Positions 7,775 through 17,325 are shown, counted from the first letter of the stretch. The stretch: DNA of 61,879 bases from Candidatus Fermentibacteraceae bacterium (GCA_030596465.1 JAUVJW010000001.1:1-61879), one strand, 5' to 3'. The notes: a model not told the origin generated them from the sequence alone. Numbers and translations are program-made.

Positions 7775-9481
7775 TCAGGCCGGTTTAACCACCTTGAATG
7801 CTTCCTCCGGTGTGAGACCGGGATTCTCTGATATCCAGTCGAGAATGTGCCAGGCCCCTTTTGCAGTAATGCCATTTTCAGAACACCATACTATCGTATC
7901 TCGTATTCTATCTTCTTTCAGGACTTTCAGCCAGTCTTTACCGGCTCTTCTTGACCCTCTCATGCGATCAGCCAGCAGACTTGCCAGAGGTTTTGGTTTT
8001 AAATCTGCGCTGGCAAGAAGATCATCGTAAAGGTCGCAGAGTTCAAGATTAAGAAGACGATCCATGAGGTGATTACTGAGTCCCAGTTTCCTGTAAATGT
8101 CGCGTCTTTCCCATGGTTTTCGGGGTAGAAGTTTTTGAAGGCTGTTGAATGTCTCAGCAGGAATCGGTTGAGGGGGAAGGTCTGTATCCGGATACATCCT
8201 GTCTGCACCGGGAAGTATTCTCTCAAAATCCGTGTTTCCACCTGGAAGAGCCTGTCTGGTTTCCGGGGGGACTTCCTGGAATGCCTCTTCAATTCTGATA
8301 CAGATTTCCTTCACTGTGGTTTCGAGGTCTTCTTCAGGACCCGCGAAAACAAGAGCGGCATCTTCAGGGGAGAGGTTCATGTTTGCTCTAAGTGTTTCTG
8401 TTGCCCCGGTAAGTACCGGGTTGTATTGTATACATGCAATAACTCTGACTCTGCCACGAAGCTCATCAAGGAATGTGAGCCCCGGTTGTGTTGGCCAGTT
8501 TGCGTACTTCTCAAATCCGGGAAGAACCATGACTGCAGCTTTATGATTTCTGGTTTCAAGTATCTCCGGGTTGAAACCTTCACCGGCAGTTGTGATTCTG
8601 TTCAGTAAAGTAAATTCCGGTTTGTAATGGTCAGCTGTAAAATCTGATGATCTCAGCTGGTGGCGAAGGTCAAGAAGTGCCTTCTGCCTGTATGCCTCAA
8701 TCCTTGAAAGAGATTCGATGTAACCAATTTTTGCAACACCCTTTATTTCAATTCTGGTTCCGCCTCGAATGGATACATTCACATCCTGTCTTACAGAACC
8801 AATTCCCCTTCTTACCAGATGCGTGGAACGCATGGTTTCGCCAATTAGTTTTGCGGCAATGGCCATTTCAAGAGGGGTGTAGAGTTCGGGAGCTGTTACA
8901 GGCTCAACCAGAGGAATTGAGAGGCGATCAGTACGGTAAACCACATGATGACCTATATCGGACACCTCGCGACAGGCATCTTCTTCCATACTCATTTGTA
9001 TAAAATGAAGTTTCCTGCCAAGAAATGGAATGACCCCGTTAACCCCGACAATTGCTGTTCTCTGAAAACCGGTTGGAATGGATCCGTCAAGGTATTGCTT
9101 GCGGGTGATGTGAAGTTCGTCCACCAGAGACATGTTGAACATCATTGCAAGTTGGAGAGAATAGTTGATTGCTTCCGGGTTAGCCTGGAACGGAGGTGTG
9201 TCATCCATCTCATATGTGCATACAGAATCATTATACAGGAGGTAGTGAACCTGTTTCTTTGTTTTAAATTCCATGAGAGCTGTTCCATCGTATTCTCCGA
9301 ATTCGCTAAGCGTGGGACGCATATGACGGAGAATTTCCTGGTGGTGTTCATCGTTCCGGATTCTTGTGGAGCACCGGCAGAACAACTTCCCGGCGGTAGC
9401 AAGCTGCTGATGGGTTTCCAGACCTCCTCTGAAACCCAGTTCACGCAGTTCAGTGTAATCCCGCAAAGTTTTTCCTTTCAT
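7775..9481 (-). CDS. GatE-type (archaeal-like) Glu-tRNA(Gln) amidotransferase subunit E homolog
   Basis: GLETHQQL...KLFCRC...RHMRPTLSEFGEYDGTAL, RKQYLDGSIPTGFQRT (GatE-type, not the GatB YFYPDLPKGYQISQ), MEEDACRE, RLSIPLVEPVTAP, GIGSVRQDVNVSIRGGTRIEIKGV and VPPETRQALPGGNTDFERILPGADRMYPDTDLP all follow the GatE pattern. An insertion domain lies between the cradle and helical parts. Confidence 0.75.
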   Translation of the reverse strand: MKGKTLRDYTELRELGFRGGLETHQQLATAGKLFCRCSTRIRNDEHHQEILRHMRPTLSEFGEYDGTALMEFKTKKQVHYLLYNDSVCTYEMDDTPPFQANPEAINYSLQLAMMFNMSLVDELHITRKQYLDGSIPTGFQRTAIVGVNGVIPFLGRKLHFIQMSMEEDACREVSDIGHHVVYRTDRLSIPLVEPVTAPELYTPLEMAIAAKLIGETMRSTHLVRRGIGSVRQDVNVSIRGGTRIEIKGVAKIGYIESLSRIEAYRQKALLDLRHQLRSSDFTADHYKPEFTLLNRITTAGEGFNPEILETRNHKAAVMVLPGFEKYANWPTQPGLTFLDELRGRVRVIACIQYNPVLTGATETLRANMNLSPEDAALVFAGPEEDLETTVKEICIRIEEAFQEVPPETRQALPGGNTDFERILPGADRMYPDTDLPPQPIPAETFNSLQKLLPRKPWERRDIYRKLGLSNHLMDRLLNLELCDLYDDLLASADLKPKPLASLLADRMRGSRRAGKDWLKVLKEDRIRDTIVWCSENGITAKGAWHILDWISENPGLTPEEAFKVVKPA

Positions 9482-9554
9482 TACAATGTGTTGGTTAAAT
9501 AATTGATATCTCGAAAATAACGATTGGAACTGTCAAGGTAAACCGGGATAGGTA

Positions 9555-9583
9555 TTGACCGACTGAGCAGTGAAGGCTATTAT
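9555..9583 (+). promoter_or_regulatory. Candidate sigma-70 promoter upstream of hpf
   Basis: TTGACC (9555-9560), 17-nt spacer, TATTAT (9578-9583). It lies about 100 nt upstream of the hpf ATG. Confidence 0.4.
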
Positions 9584-9685
9584 CGTATTGTGAGATTGGA
9601 AGCAATACCTTATGTAGCCGCTTCTCCCGCTCGTTCGGGGGGGCGGTATTTAATTTAGCTTCCGTTTAACATGAAAGGAGTTACA

Positions 9686-10234
9686 ATGAACATCGAGATC
9701 AGCGCGAGGCATTTTGAACTTACCGATTCTTTGAAGGAGCATGTTGACGAGAAATTGTCCGTTCTGGACAAATTCTACGATGGTATTGATGATGTACATG
9801 TTATTCTTGAACTCTCTTCCGGAATGAGCAGATCACATGTGCGTTTACGTGGGGACAGGCTTAGACTTGATTCAAAAGCCAAGGGTCATGATATGTATTT
9901 TTCCTTTGACGATTGTGTCTCTTCTCTTGAGAGACAACTGAAAAGATTCAAGGAAACCCATCATAACCACCCACATAGAGAAAAAAATGGTAAAAAGCTT
10001 ATCTCAGGTGCCTGGTATGTTGCCGCCGAGCCTTCGGAGTTAACGGTTCCAGTTCTTCTTGAGGATGCTGCAGAATTAAAGAAATATTCCACAAATGCTG
10101 CAATGACTGAATTTGAGGTTAGCGGTTCTGATAAAAATCTGATTTTCTATAATACCGAGACCGATTGTTTCAGCGCTGCTTACAGAACCTCAAGTGGAGC
10201 CACTCAGGTGGTTGAGCTTGCACGCCGGGAATAG
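9686..10234 (+). CDS. hpf: Ribosome hibernation promoting factor (long HPF/RaiA family)
   Basis: MNIEISARHFELTDSLKEHVDEKL is the S30AE-family N-terminus, with a C-terminal dimerisation extension. AAAGGAG lies 6 nt before the ATG at 9686. Confidence 0.85.
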   Translation: MNIEISARHFELTDSLKEHVDEKLSVLDKFYDGIDDVHVILELSSGMSRSHVRLRGDRLRLDSKAKGHDMYFSFDDCVSSLERQLKRFKETHHNHPHREKNGKKLISGAWYVAAEPSELTVPVLLEDAAELKKYSTNAAMTEFEVSGSDKNLIFYNTETDCFSAAYRTSSGATQVVELARRE

Positions 10235-10237
10235 ACG

Positions 10238-11236
10238 GTGCAGGACCGTTATCCCGACCCGGAGACTTTTTCTGTAGGTGTTTTGTATAAGTGTCTTGGT
10301 AAGAGGTTGTCGCTTGATAATATAACCGACACACGGGGATACGATCGTATGGTTGTATCCCCGGATATCAGTCGACCCGGTCTTTGTCTTTCCGGATACA
10401 CATACAAGTTCATGCACGACAGAATACAGATATTCGGCGATACTGAAATAGCTCTTCTGAACCAGTTGTCTCAAAGTGAAAGAATTACCGCTGTAGCTAA
10501 TGTATACGATTTCCCCGTTGTGTGCAGTATTGTTACCAAGGGTCTTTCACCGCCCGATGAACTGGTTTCAGCGGCTCGGAAAACAGATACAGCGCTGTTT
10601 CTTTCCCCGGAGGATACCACTCCGCTGATACACGAGTTAACGGATTTTCTTGGAGAGGTTTTTGCTTCCCATGTTTCGCTTCATGGAACGCTTGTAGATG
10701 TTTACGGTGAGGGACTTCTTGTGATGGGCAGGAGCGCAATCGGGAAAAGTGAAGCAGTTCTCGGTCTTGTAGAAAGAGGACACAGGCTCGTTGCCGATGA
10801 TCTGGTAAGGGTAAGAAGGGCTGTTAATCGTCTGATCGGCACAGGTGATTCCCTGATTGGTTTTCACATGGAGATACGCGGAATTGGATTTGTAAGTATC
10901 GCAGAGCTGTTCGGCGTTGGCGCAACAAAGGAGTTGCAGTCGGTTGACCTTGTCGTAAGGCTTCTTGACGCAGATATTGTTGACGAGGCAGATCGATCGG
11001 GGCTGGAAGAAAAACACATGACTATTATGGGAGTTGATGTTCCAATGGTTGAAATACCGGTGCTTCCAGGAAGAAACATCACTCTTCTTCTGGAAGTTGC
11101 CGCTATGATGAATATACAGGCAAAAGATACCGGATGTACCTCTGCCGAGCGGCTGAACAGAAAGCTTATAGCCCGCATGGGCAGAAAAAGATTAAGGGAT
11201 AAATATGACGGAAGAGATGGTAACTGTTCCCAATAA
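10238..11236 (+). CDS. hprK: HPr kinase/phosphorylase
   Basis: P-loop GRSAIGKSEAVLGLVERGHRLVADD followed by EIRGIGFV. GTG start. Confidence 0.9.
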   Translation: MQDRYPDPETFSVGVLYKCLGKRLSLDNITDTRGYDRMVVSPDISRPGLCLSGYTYKFMHDRIQIFGDTEIALLNQLSQSERITAVANVYDFPVVCSIVTKGLSPPDELVSAARKTDTALFLSPEDTTPLIHELTDFLGEVFASHVSLHGTLVDVYGEGLLVMGRSAIGKSEAVLGLVERGHRLVADDLVRVRRAVNRLIGTGDSLIGFHMEIRGIGFVSIAELFGVGATKELQSVDLVVRLLDADIVDEADRSGLEEKHMTIMGVDVPMVEIPVLPGRNITLLLEVAAMMNIQAKDTGCTSAERLNRKLIARMGRKRLRDKYDGRDGNCSQ

Positions 11237-11477
11237 GCTGGGCATTCATGCTCGACCGGCGGCACTGATTGTAAGAGCCGCTGTTGAATTTGATTGCGAT
11301 ATATGGGTGAAAAGTCCAGCTGATAAAGTTAATGCTAAAAGCATAATGGGTGTTATGACACTTGCTGCCTCCGGGGGAACCGCTGTTACTGTTTCCGCAG
11401 ATGGAAAGGAAGAAAGAGAAGCGGTAGATGCCGTTGTGGAAATTATTAAAAGCGGTTTCGGCGAAGAGATGATCTAA
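11205..11477 (+). CDS. ptsH: Phosphocarrier protein HPr
   Basis: His-15 context GIHARPAA and Ser-46 context KSIMGVMTL. 90 aa. Confidence 0.85.
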   Translation: MTEEMVTVPNKLGIHARPAALIVRAAVEFDCDIWVKSPADKVNAKSIMGVMTLAASGGTAVTVSADGKEEREAVDAVVEIIKSGFGEEMI

Positions 11478-13240
11478 TGTTGTTTAGAGGTATTCCGGCT
11501 TCTCATGGTATTGCTATTGGTTCCGCTTTTCTTCTGAAGGTTGAAGAACTCAGACATGCCAGAAGAATATTGGAATCTCATGAAGAGGCTGAAGGGGAAG
11601 TTAAAAGATTTCAAACTGCTGTCTTCTCCGTTCGCCATGATCTTGAAAACATTGCAGACTCAATGGGAGATGTTGTTGAGGGTCGCCAGATCCTCGAATT
11701 TCTCCTGCTTCTCCTCCAGGATCCTATGATAAAAAAAGAGGTGGAAGGCGGGATACTGACCGGGATGGTTAATGCGGAATATGCGGTAAGCACCACATTT
11801 CGCGGGGTTATGGAGAAGTTTGATGTAATGGATGACCCGTACATCCGCGAAAGAGTGGCGGATGTAAAAGATGTTGGCCGCAGGCTTATTGAGAAGCTTA
11901 TAGGCACAGAGAAAGAGGCACTGAACAATCTTGAACAGCCAGTGGTTCTTGTGGCAAAAGATCTTGATCCCTCGGAGACAGCCGGGCTGAAGCCGGGCCA
12001 GGTTCTCGCTTTCGTTACAGACATGGGCGGTAGAACCTCACACACAACCATCCTTGCAAGGGCTCTTGGTATTCCGGCAGTGGTTGGGCTCCAGAGGATC
12101 ACTTCGGAAATACACCCCGGTGACACGCTGATTGTGGATGGCATACACGGTCATGTGATTGTGAATCCCACGGAAGAGGAACTCAAATACTATCGTGATG
12201 TTAAGGCCAGATTCATGGAAGCTGAGAACCTTCTTCAGCAGATGAACCCCGGGCCGGCCCTTACTGAAGACGGGAACAGGATAGAACTTGCGGCAAATAT
12301 CGAACTGCCCCATGAAGTTGAACTTGTTAAGAAACTTGGAGCGGATGGCATTGGTCTGTTCAGAACAGAATTTCTTCGTCTTATACAGGAGAACGGAGAG
12401 AATGAGGAAGATCACTACGAGATATACGAGAAAATAGCGTCTGAGATGCTGCCGAAGTCGGTGATAATCAGGACATATGACATGGGTGGAGACAAGTTCA
12501 GAACAGGGCTTGATACAGTCAGAGAAGCAAATCCCTTTCTGGGATACCGTGCGGTAAGAATAGGTCTGGAAAGACCCGCGGAGTTCTCTATTCAACTTCG
12601 AGCTATTCTGAGAGCTTCTGTGCATGGGAATATTCGGTTGATGTTCCCAATGGTAACCCATGTTGAACAGCTTCGCCGACTAAGAGATTTACTGAAACTG
12701 GTTCAGAATGATCTCACTGCTCGCGGGATTCCCTTTGACAAAAAAATGCAGATCGGTATTATGGTGGAAACTCCCGCAACTGTTATTGCCCTTGACCTGA
12801 TGTTACCCTATGTGGATTTTGTTTCAATTGGAACAAACGATCTTACTCAATACACTTTAGCAGTTGATCGGGGGAATCCCAGGGTAGCCGATTTGTACGA
12901 CTCTTTCCATCCGGCGGTTTTAAGACAGATAGATACTGTTGTGAGGGTTTCTCATTCTCAGGGCAAATGGGTTGGGGTTTGCGGATCCATGGCTGGTAAT
13001 CCCCTCGCGGTTCCACTTCTGATTGGCTTTGGAGTTGACGAGCTGAGCGTAGCCCCCTCATTAATTCCGGATGTGAAGAAAATGATCGCGGTGGTTTCTA
13101 CCTGCGCAGCCCGGGAGATGGCGGAAAAATCACTTTCGATTGAAACCGGACTAATGGTCAGGGCCCTTGTTCACTCTTATGTAATTGGGAAATACCCGGA
13201 AATTCTACTTGACGAGAACGACTGGAAAACTGGAGGCTGA
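11477..13240 (+). CDS. ptsI: Phosphoenolpyruvate-protein phosphotransferase (PTS enzyme I)
   Basis: Active-site His block DMGGRTSHTTILARALGIPAVVG. PEP-utilising C-terminal domain GTNDLTQY. Start overlaps the ptsH stop (TAATG). Confidence 0.9.
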   Translation: MLFRGIPASHGIAIGSAFLLKVEELRHARRILESHEEAEGEVKRFQTAVFSVRHDLENIADSMGDVVEGRQILEFLLLLLQDPMIKKEVEGGILTGMVNAEYAVSTTFRGVMEKFDVMDDPYIRERVADVKDVGRRLIEKLIGTEKEALNNLEQPVVLVAKDLDPSETAGLKPGQVLAFVTDMGGRTSHTTILARALGIPAVVGLQRITSEIHPGDTLIVDGIHGHVIVNPTEEELKYYRDVKARFMEAENLLQQMNPGPALTEDGNRIELAANIELPHEVELVKKLGADGIGLFRTEFLRLIQENGENEEDHYEIYEKIASEMLPKSVIIRTYDMGGDKFRTGLDTVREANPFLGYRAVRIGLERPAEFSIQLRAILRASVHGNIRLMFPMVTHVEQLRRLRDLLKLVQNDLTARGIPFDKKMQIGIMVETPATVIALDLMLPYVDFVSIGTNDLTQYTLAVDRGNPRVADLYDSFHPAVLRQIDTVVRVSHSQGKWVGVCGSMAGNPLAVPLLIGFGVDELSVAPSLIPDVKKMIAVVSTCAAREMAEKSLSIETGLMVRALVHSYVIGKYPEILLDENDWKTGG

Positions 13241-13245
13241 CACAC

Positions 13246-14226
13246 ATGCATTGTATCATTCCCGCCGCGGGCAAAGGCACAAGAATGCGGCCGCTTACGT
13301 GGTCTATTCCGAAACCCCTGATTCCTGTTGCCGGTCGTCCCATGCTGGCTCATGTTATAGATTCGCTGCTGGAAGCCGATGTGGATCACATTACACTTGT
13401 TGTTGGTTATCTGGGAGACTCCATTGTTTCATGGGCAAGAGCCGCTTATCCACATATAAAAATAGATCATGCTGTGCAGGAAGAGGCCGATGGACTGGCT
13501 TCAGCGGTACTCCTTGCAGAGCAATATGTGACAGATGGCCCATCCATGATTGTTCTGGGAGACACCCTTTTTGCAGCGGATCTGTCTGTTCTAAGGGGTG
13601 AAACCAGAAACATGATTGTTACTTCTCCGGTTGAAGATCCTTCAAGATTCGGTGTGGTTGTAATGGAAGGCAGCAGTGTCGCTAAACTCATAGAAAAGCC
13701 TTCGGAACCCATAAGCAATCTTGCTATTGTTGGTGTCTACTACTTTGCCAGTGGTAGAAAACTAATGGAGTACTGCCGGGAGTTGAAAGAAAAAGATATA
13801 AAAACCAGAGGTGAGTATCAACTGACAGATGCAATGCAACTCATGCTGCAAAGCGGTGAGCCATTTGGAATACTTGATATTAAAGGATGGTTCGACTGCG
13901 GAAAACCTGAAACTCTTCTGGAGACTAACAGAGAGCTTCTTAACAGAAACGGTGGCTTCGGTACTCCTGTAATTGAGAACTCTGTTGTGATTGATCCCTG
14001 CTTTTTTGGAGAGAAAACCGTTATCAGGAATTCTGTTGTCGGGCCCTGGTTTTCCGGCGGAACCGGCGTTCTTATAGAGAATTCAAGGCTAAGCAACACC
14101 ATTGCCGGAGCAGATTCCGAGTTTAAGCATGTGATGCTGACAGAATCAGTTACAGGAGAGAGATCAATAGTACACGGATCTTTTTGCAAGGTATATACAG
14201 GTGACGATTCAGTTGCGGAGATATAA
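13246..14226 (+). CDS. Sugar-1-phosphate nucleotidyltransferase with C-terminal left-handed beta-helix region
   Basis: IIPAAGKGTRMRPLTWSIPKPLIPV signature, plus EKP and an LbH-like C-terminus. Sugar specificity cannot be read from the sequence. Confidence 0.75.
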   Translation: MHCIIPAAGKGTRMRPLTWSIPKPLIPVAGRPMLAHVIDSLLEADVDHITLVVGYLGDSIVSWARAAYPHIKIDHAVQEEADGLASAVLLAEQYVTDGPSMIVLGDTLFAADLSVLRGETRNMIVTSPVEDPSRFGVVVMEGSSVAKLIEKPSEPISNLAIVGVYYFASGRKLMEYCRELKEKDIKTRGEYQLTDAMQLMLQSGEPFGILDIKGWFDCGKPETLLETNRELLNRNGGFGTPVIENSVVIDPCFFGEKTVIRNSVVGPWFSGGTGVLIENSRLSNTIAGADSEFKHVMLTESVTGERSIVHGSFCKVYTGDDSVAEI

Positions 14227-15235
14227 CAAACGGATTGCTCTGTACGCGTCTTCCTCTGCCAACCGTGGAGGCACGGGTGTCTACACCAGACGATTGATTA
14301 CCGGATTCAGGAAGGCTGGAATCACGGAGGTTGTGCCACTTGACCCGGGAAGTTCAGGTTTTGCGGGGAAATTGATTTCGGAGCATTTTTCAATTCCACG
14401 AATGGTTAGAAAAGAAGGATTTGACCTTCTTCATCTTCCCGCGTTCGGTGGAAAGGCTGTTAACGGTGTACCTTATGCAGTTACAGTACATGACATGGCA
14501 TTTATGGTACGATCGGACTGGTTTCCCACCCTCAGATCTATTTACTACAGGTTTCATTTTCCGAGAGTAGCCCGCGGAGCGTCTGTAATTATCGCGGACA
14601 GCGATTTCACCGTTTCAGAAATAAAAAAGTATCTGGGGCTTGATGCCTGCAGGGTTTATCTGTCAGCACCAGGGAATAACGCTGATGGAGCCATGTTCAG
14701 GAAATCTTTTGGCATTGAAGGCAGGTATATTCTCTCAACCAGTACAATCGAACCAAGGAAAAACACAGATGCTTTGCTTGAGGCCTGGCATTCCATCAAA
14801 CTGGTACATCCTGAATTAACCCTTGTTATCGCGGGTCGGTGGGGTTGGGGCAGGAAGGAAACAAAGCAGGACTTGCTGAATACACCGGGGGTCAGGTGGG
14901 TTGGCTCTATTACAGGTGAGCAACTTATGAGTGCTTTTTCAGGTGCCAGATTGCTGGTTTATCCTTCTCTTTATGAGGGGTTTGGTCTTCCTCCCCTGGA
15001 ATCTGCCGCTTCGGGTGTTCCCTTTGTTATCGGACCTGCTGAAACACTTAGGGAAATCTTCGGATCGGTCGCCGCAGGAATATCCGGCAGGAGAGCTGAA
15101 TCAATTGCCGAGTCCGTTCTTGATGCTCTGGATACACCATACAGGTCCGAGGATCTTCGAGAATTCGCCAATGAATTTACGGATGTAAAAATGGCGGAAA
15201 ATACATACAAAGCCTACGGAAAGGTGCTTGGATGA
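14201..15235 (+). CDS. Glycosyltransferase family 4 (GT-B)
   Basis: C-terminal EGFGLPPLESAASGVPFV (E-x7-E type motif). GTG start overlapping the upstream gene; the start is uncertain. Confidence 0.75.
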   Translation: MTIQLRRYNKRIALYASSSANRGGTGVYTRRLITGFRKAGITEVVPLDPGSSGFAGKLISEHFSIPRMVRKEGFDLLHLPAFGGKAVNGVPYAVTVHDMAFMVRSDWFPTLRSIYYRFHFPRVARGASVIIADSDFTVSEIKKYLGLDACRVYLSAPGNNADGAMFRKSFGIEGRYILSTSTIEPRKNTDALLEAWHSIKLVHPELTLVIAGRWGWGRKETKQDLLNTPGVRWVGSITGEQLMSAFSGARLLVYPSLYEGFGLPPLESAASGVPFVIGPAETLREIFGSVAAGISGRRAESIAESVLDALDTPYRSEDLREFANEFTDVKMAENTYKAYGKVLG

Positions 15236-16305
15236 AAATCCTTCAGGTATACAAAGATGTTTTTCCTGAAGTAAACGGTGGGATTGAAAGGTATGTACAC
15301 GATCTCTCAATATTTTTAAAAAACAACGGTCATTCTGTAGAGATTCTTGTAGCTGGCGGCGGTGACAGAATTGTAGACGGTCTAACGGTCAGCGGTATAT
15401 ATTCACCGGCCAGAATTATGTCCAACCCTGTGGCACCCGGGTACACCCGTTTCCTTGCTGAGACTGATGCGGACATTATCCATTTTCATCTGCCGCTACC
15501 TTCGGCTGTATTGGGGTGGGCCCTTGTAAGGAAAAGCGGTAAAAAGCCATATATTGTTACATACCACAGTGATATAATTCGTCAGTCTTTTGTGATGCCG
15601 GTTTATGGACCGATTCTGCGCAGATTCCTTCAAGGAGCAGCGAAAGTAATAGCTACATCGGATAACTATATCCATACTTCAACCTACTTGAGCAAATTGC
15701 AAAATTCAGAAGCCATCCCCATCGGGGTTGATCTTGAAAGATTCAAACCCGATGACAGCGTGAACAGAAGTTACTACCTTTTTGTTGGGAGATTCAGAAA
15801 ATACAAGGGCATATTTGTTCTTCTGGAAGCCTGGCGGAAAATGCCGGACCCACCGAAACTGCTACTTGCCGGGGGGGGTGGGCTTGTTTGCAAAGTCAGA
15901 GATTTTATCAGGGAACATAAACTTCCGGTAACAATAGTAACTGATGTTGCCGATAACGAGCTGATCAAGCTGTACCAGGGGGCGAAGGCTCTCATTCTTC
16001 CTTCAATTCAGCGCAGTGAAGCATACGGTATGGTTCAGGTTGAGGCTATGGCCTGCGGAACAGCTGTAATCAGCAGTGATCTGTCCACTGGAGTATCCTG
16101 GGTAAACAGGCACAATGAAACCGGGCTTCTTTTTGCGACAGGAGACCCGACAGCTCTCTGCGATGCGATAACCCGATTTGAGGAATCAACGGAGACCAGA
16201 GAAGAAATGTATAAAAGAGCGAGAAACAGGGCACAGAATTTCTTTAACGGTACAACTCTCTTTAGACGAGTGGAAGAATGCCTGATAAAAGCAACAGAGA
16301 TCTGA
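15232..16305 (+). CDS. Glycosyltransferase family 4 (GT-B)
   Basis: FVGRFRKYKG...SEAYGMVQVEAMACGTAVI motif. ATGA overlap with the upstream GT. Confidence 0.8.
   Translation: MKILQVYKDVFPEVNGGIERYVHDLSIFLKNNGHSVEILVAGGGDRIVDGLTVSGIYSPARIMSNPVAPGYTRFLAETDADIIHFHLPLPSAVLGWALVRKSGKKPYIVTYHSDIIRQSFVMPVYGPILRRFLQGAAKVIATSDNYIHTSTYLSKLQNSEAIPIGVDLERFKPDDSVNRSYYLFVGRFRKYKGIFVLLEAWRKMPDPPKLLLAGGGGLVCKVRDFIREHKLPVTIVTDVADNELIKLYQGAKALILPSIQRSEAYGMVQVEAMACGTAVISSDLSTGVSWVNRHNETGLLFATGDPTALCDAITRFEESTETREEMYKRARNRAQNFFNGTTLFRRVEECLIKATEI
15871..15878 (+). repeat. Homopolymeric G8 tract inside the GT4 gene
   Basis: gcc-GGGGGGGG-tggg encodes AGGGGL. Read directly from the sequence. Confidence 0.9.
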
Positions 16306-16796
16306 CATTTTTGATACTCACGGCAATTGCACTTGGTGTGGTGGATAGTCTAATTCCAAGACCAATACCATTTATGAAGCTGGGGCTTGCCAACGCGGCA
16401 GCGGTAATAGCTGTTGTGAGGTACGGTTTTTTAAAGACATTAGAGTTGAACCTTCTCAGGGTATTTGCAGTGGCTTTAATCACCGGCCTTCTGGCAACGC
16501 CTTCTTTTCTTCTCTCTGTAACAGGAGCAACAGTCAGCGCCGTAATAATGGGGTTGTGCAGGAAAGTTTTTCGGGACAGATTATCAACAGCCGGATTGTC
16601 TGTGGCCGGAGCTGTAGCATCGCTATGGGGACAGCTTCTTGTTGCCGGTATTGTTCTGCCGGGACTTCCGTTGCAGAATATTGTATTATTGCTAACTCTG
16701 TGGGGAGTTATTTCAGGTACAGCAGTTGGCCTGATTGCGCAGAAGGCTATGAGCAGGAGCCTGAAAATTGAAGCATTGCGTAAGGCCGAGGGTTAA
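16278..16796 (+). CDS. Small polytopic membrane protein, Gx-transporter/heptaprenyl-diphosphate-synthase-component-I-like
   Basis: VVDSLIPRPIPFMKLGLANAAAVIAVVRYG and 4-5 hydrophobic spans resemble that family. The assignment is from memory only. Confidence 0.5.
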   Translation: MPDKSNRDLTFLILTAIALGVVDSLIPRPIPFMKLGLANAAAVIAVVRYGFLKTLELNLLRVFAVALITGLLATPSFLLSVTGATVSAVIMGLCRKVFRDRLSTAGLSVAGAVASLWGQLLVAGIVLPGLPLQNIVLLLTLWGVISGTAVGLIAQKAMSRSLKIEALRKAEG

Positions 16797-16827
16797 ATTA
16801 AGATACAGAGGTGGAAGGAAGACTACA

Positions 16828-17100
16828 GTGTTACATGGCAGATCTACGGGTTTCTGGGTTTTCATAGCTCTTGCGAGTATGATAACCGGTACGGTTTTTG
16901 GGGAGGCAGTTGGTGCTGTTTTGCCGGATCGTTCTGTGGCACTGAGGCAGTTTTTCAGTGGGGGGGCTGAGTTATCTATTGGGCCTTTGGGCTTCGATAT
17001 CTATATAATCAGGTTCCATCTTGCAGAAATTGCTGTTAAACTTAATATAATGACATTTGCTGGCCTTCTTGCGGTGGGTGTTCTTTACAAATGGTTCTGA
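16828..17100 (+). CDS. Small membrane protein (DUF4321-like)
   Basis: Two hydrophobic segments flank a Gly-rich loop. I chose the GTG at 16828 with GGAAGGA upstream. The longer ORF from 16768 overlaps the previous gene. Confidence 0.4.
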   Translation: MLHGRSTGFWVFIALASMITGTVFGEAVGAVLPDRSVALRQFFSGGAELSIGPLGFDIYIIRFHLAEIAVKLNIMTFAGLLAVGVLYKWF

Positions 17101-17118
17101 CCGTAGTGGGGGTTAATT

Positions 17119-17319
17119 TTGGGTAAATTGGGAACCATAGAGCTTATACTGATTCTTGTCGTGCTCCTTCTTCTTTTCGGAGCAAAGAGAATTCCCGAGA
17201 TCGCCAGATCCGTGGGAAGAGCTATGAATCAGTTCAGGAAAGGCTTGAAGGAAGCTGATATCAGTGCCGATGAGGATGAGAAAAAGGATGACGGAAAAAA
17301 AGAGCAGAGCGAGGAGTGA
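17119..17319 (+). CDS. tatA: Twin-arginine translocase subunit TatA/E
   Basis: LGTIELILILVVLLLLFGAKRIPEIARSVGRAMNQFRKG is the canonical TatA TM plus amphipathic helix. TTG start. Confidence 0.85.
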   Translation: MGKLGTIELILILVVLLLLFGAKRIPEIARSVGRAMNQFRKGLKEADISADEDEKKDDGKKEQSEE

Positions 17320-17325
17320 TTCTGT

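Noticed and set aside
12038-12661. Long antisense ORFs inside well-supported genes. This one is 207 aa opposite ptsI. Others are 11611-12144, 26702-27349, 51845-52468, 56182-56733, 37279-37806, 22426-23010, 7431-8030 and 8945-9502.
   Set aside because: Each lies opposite a gene with clear family motifs. They are expected by chance at this GC content, and none has a recognisable motif or RBS.
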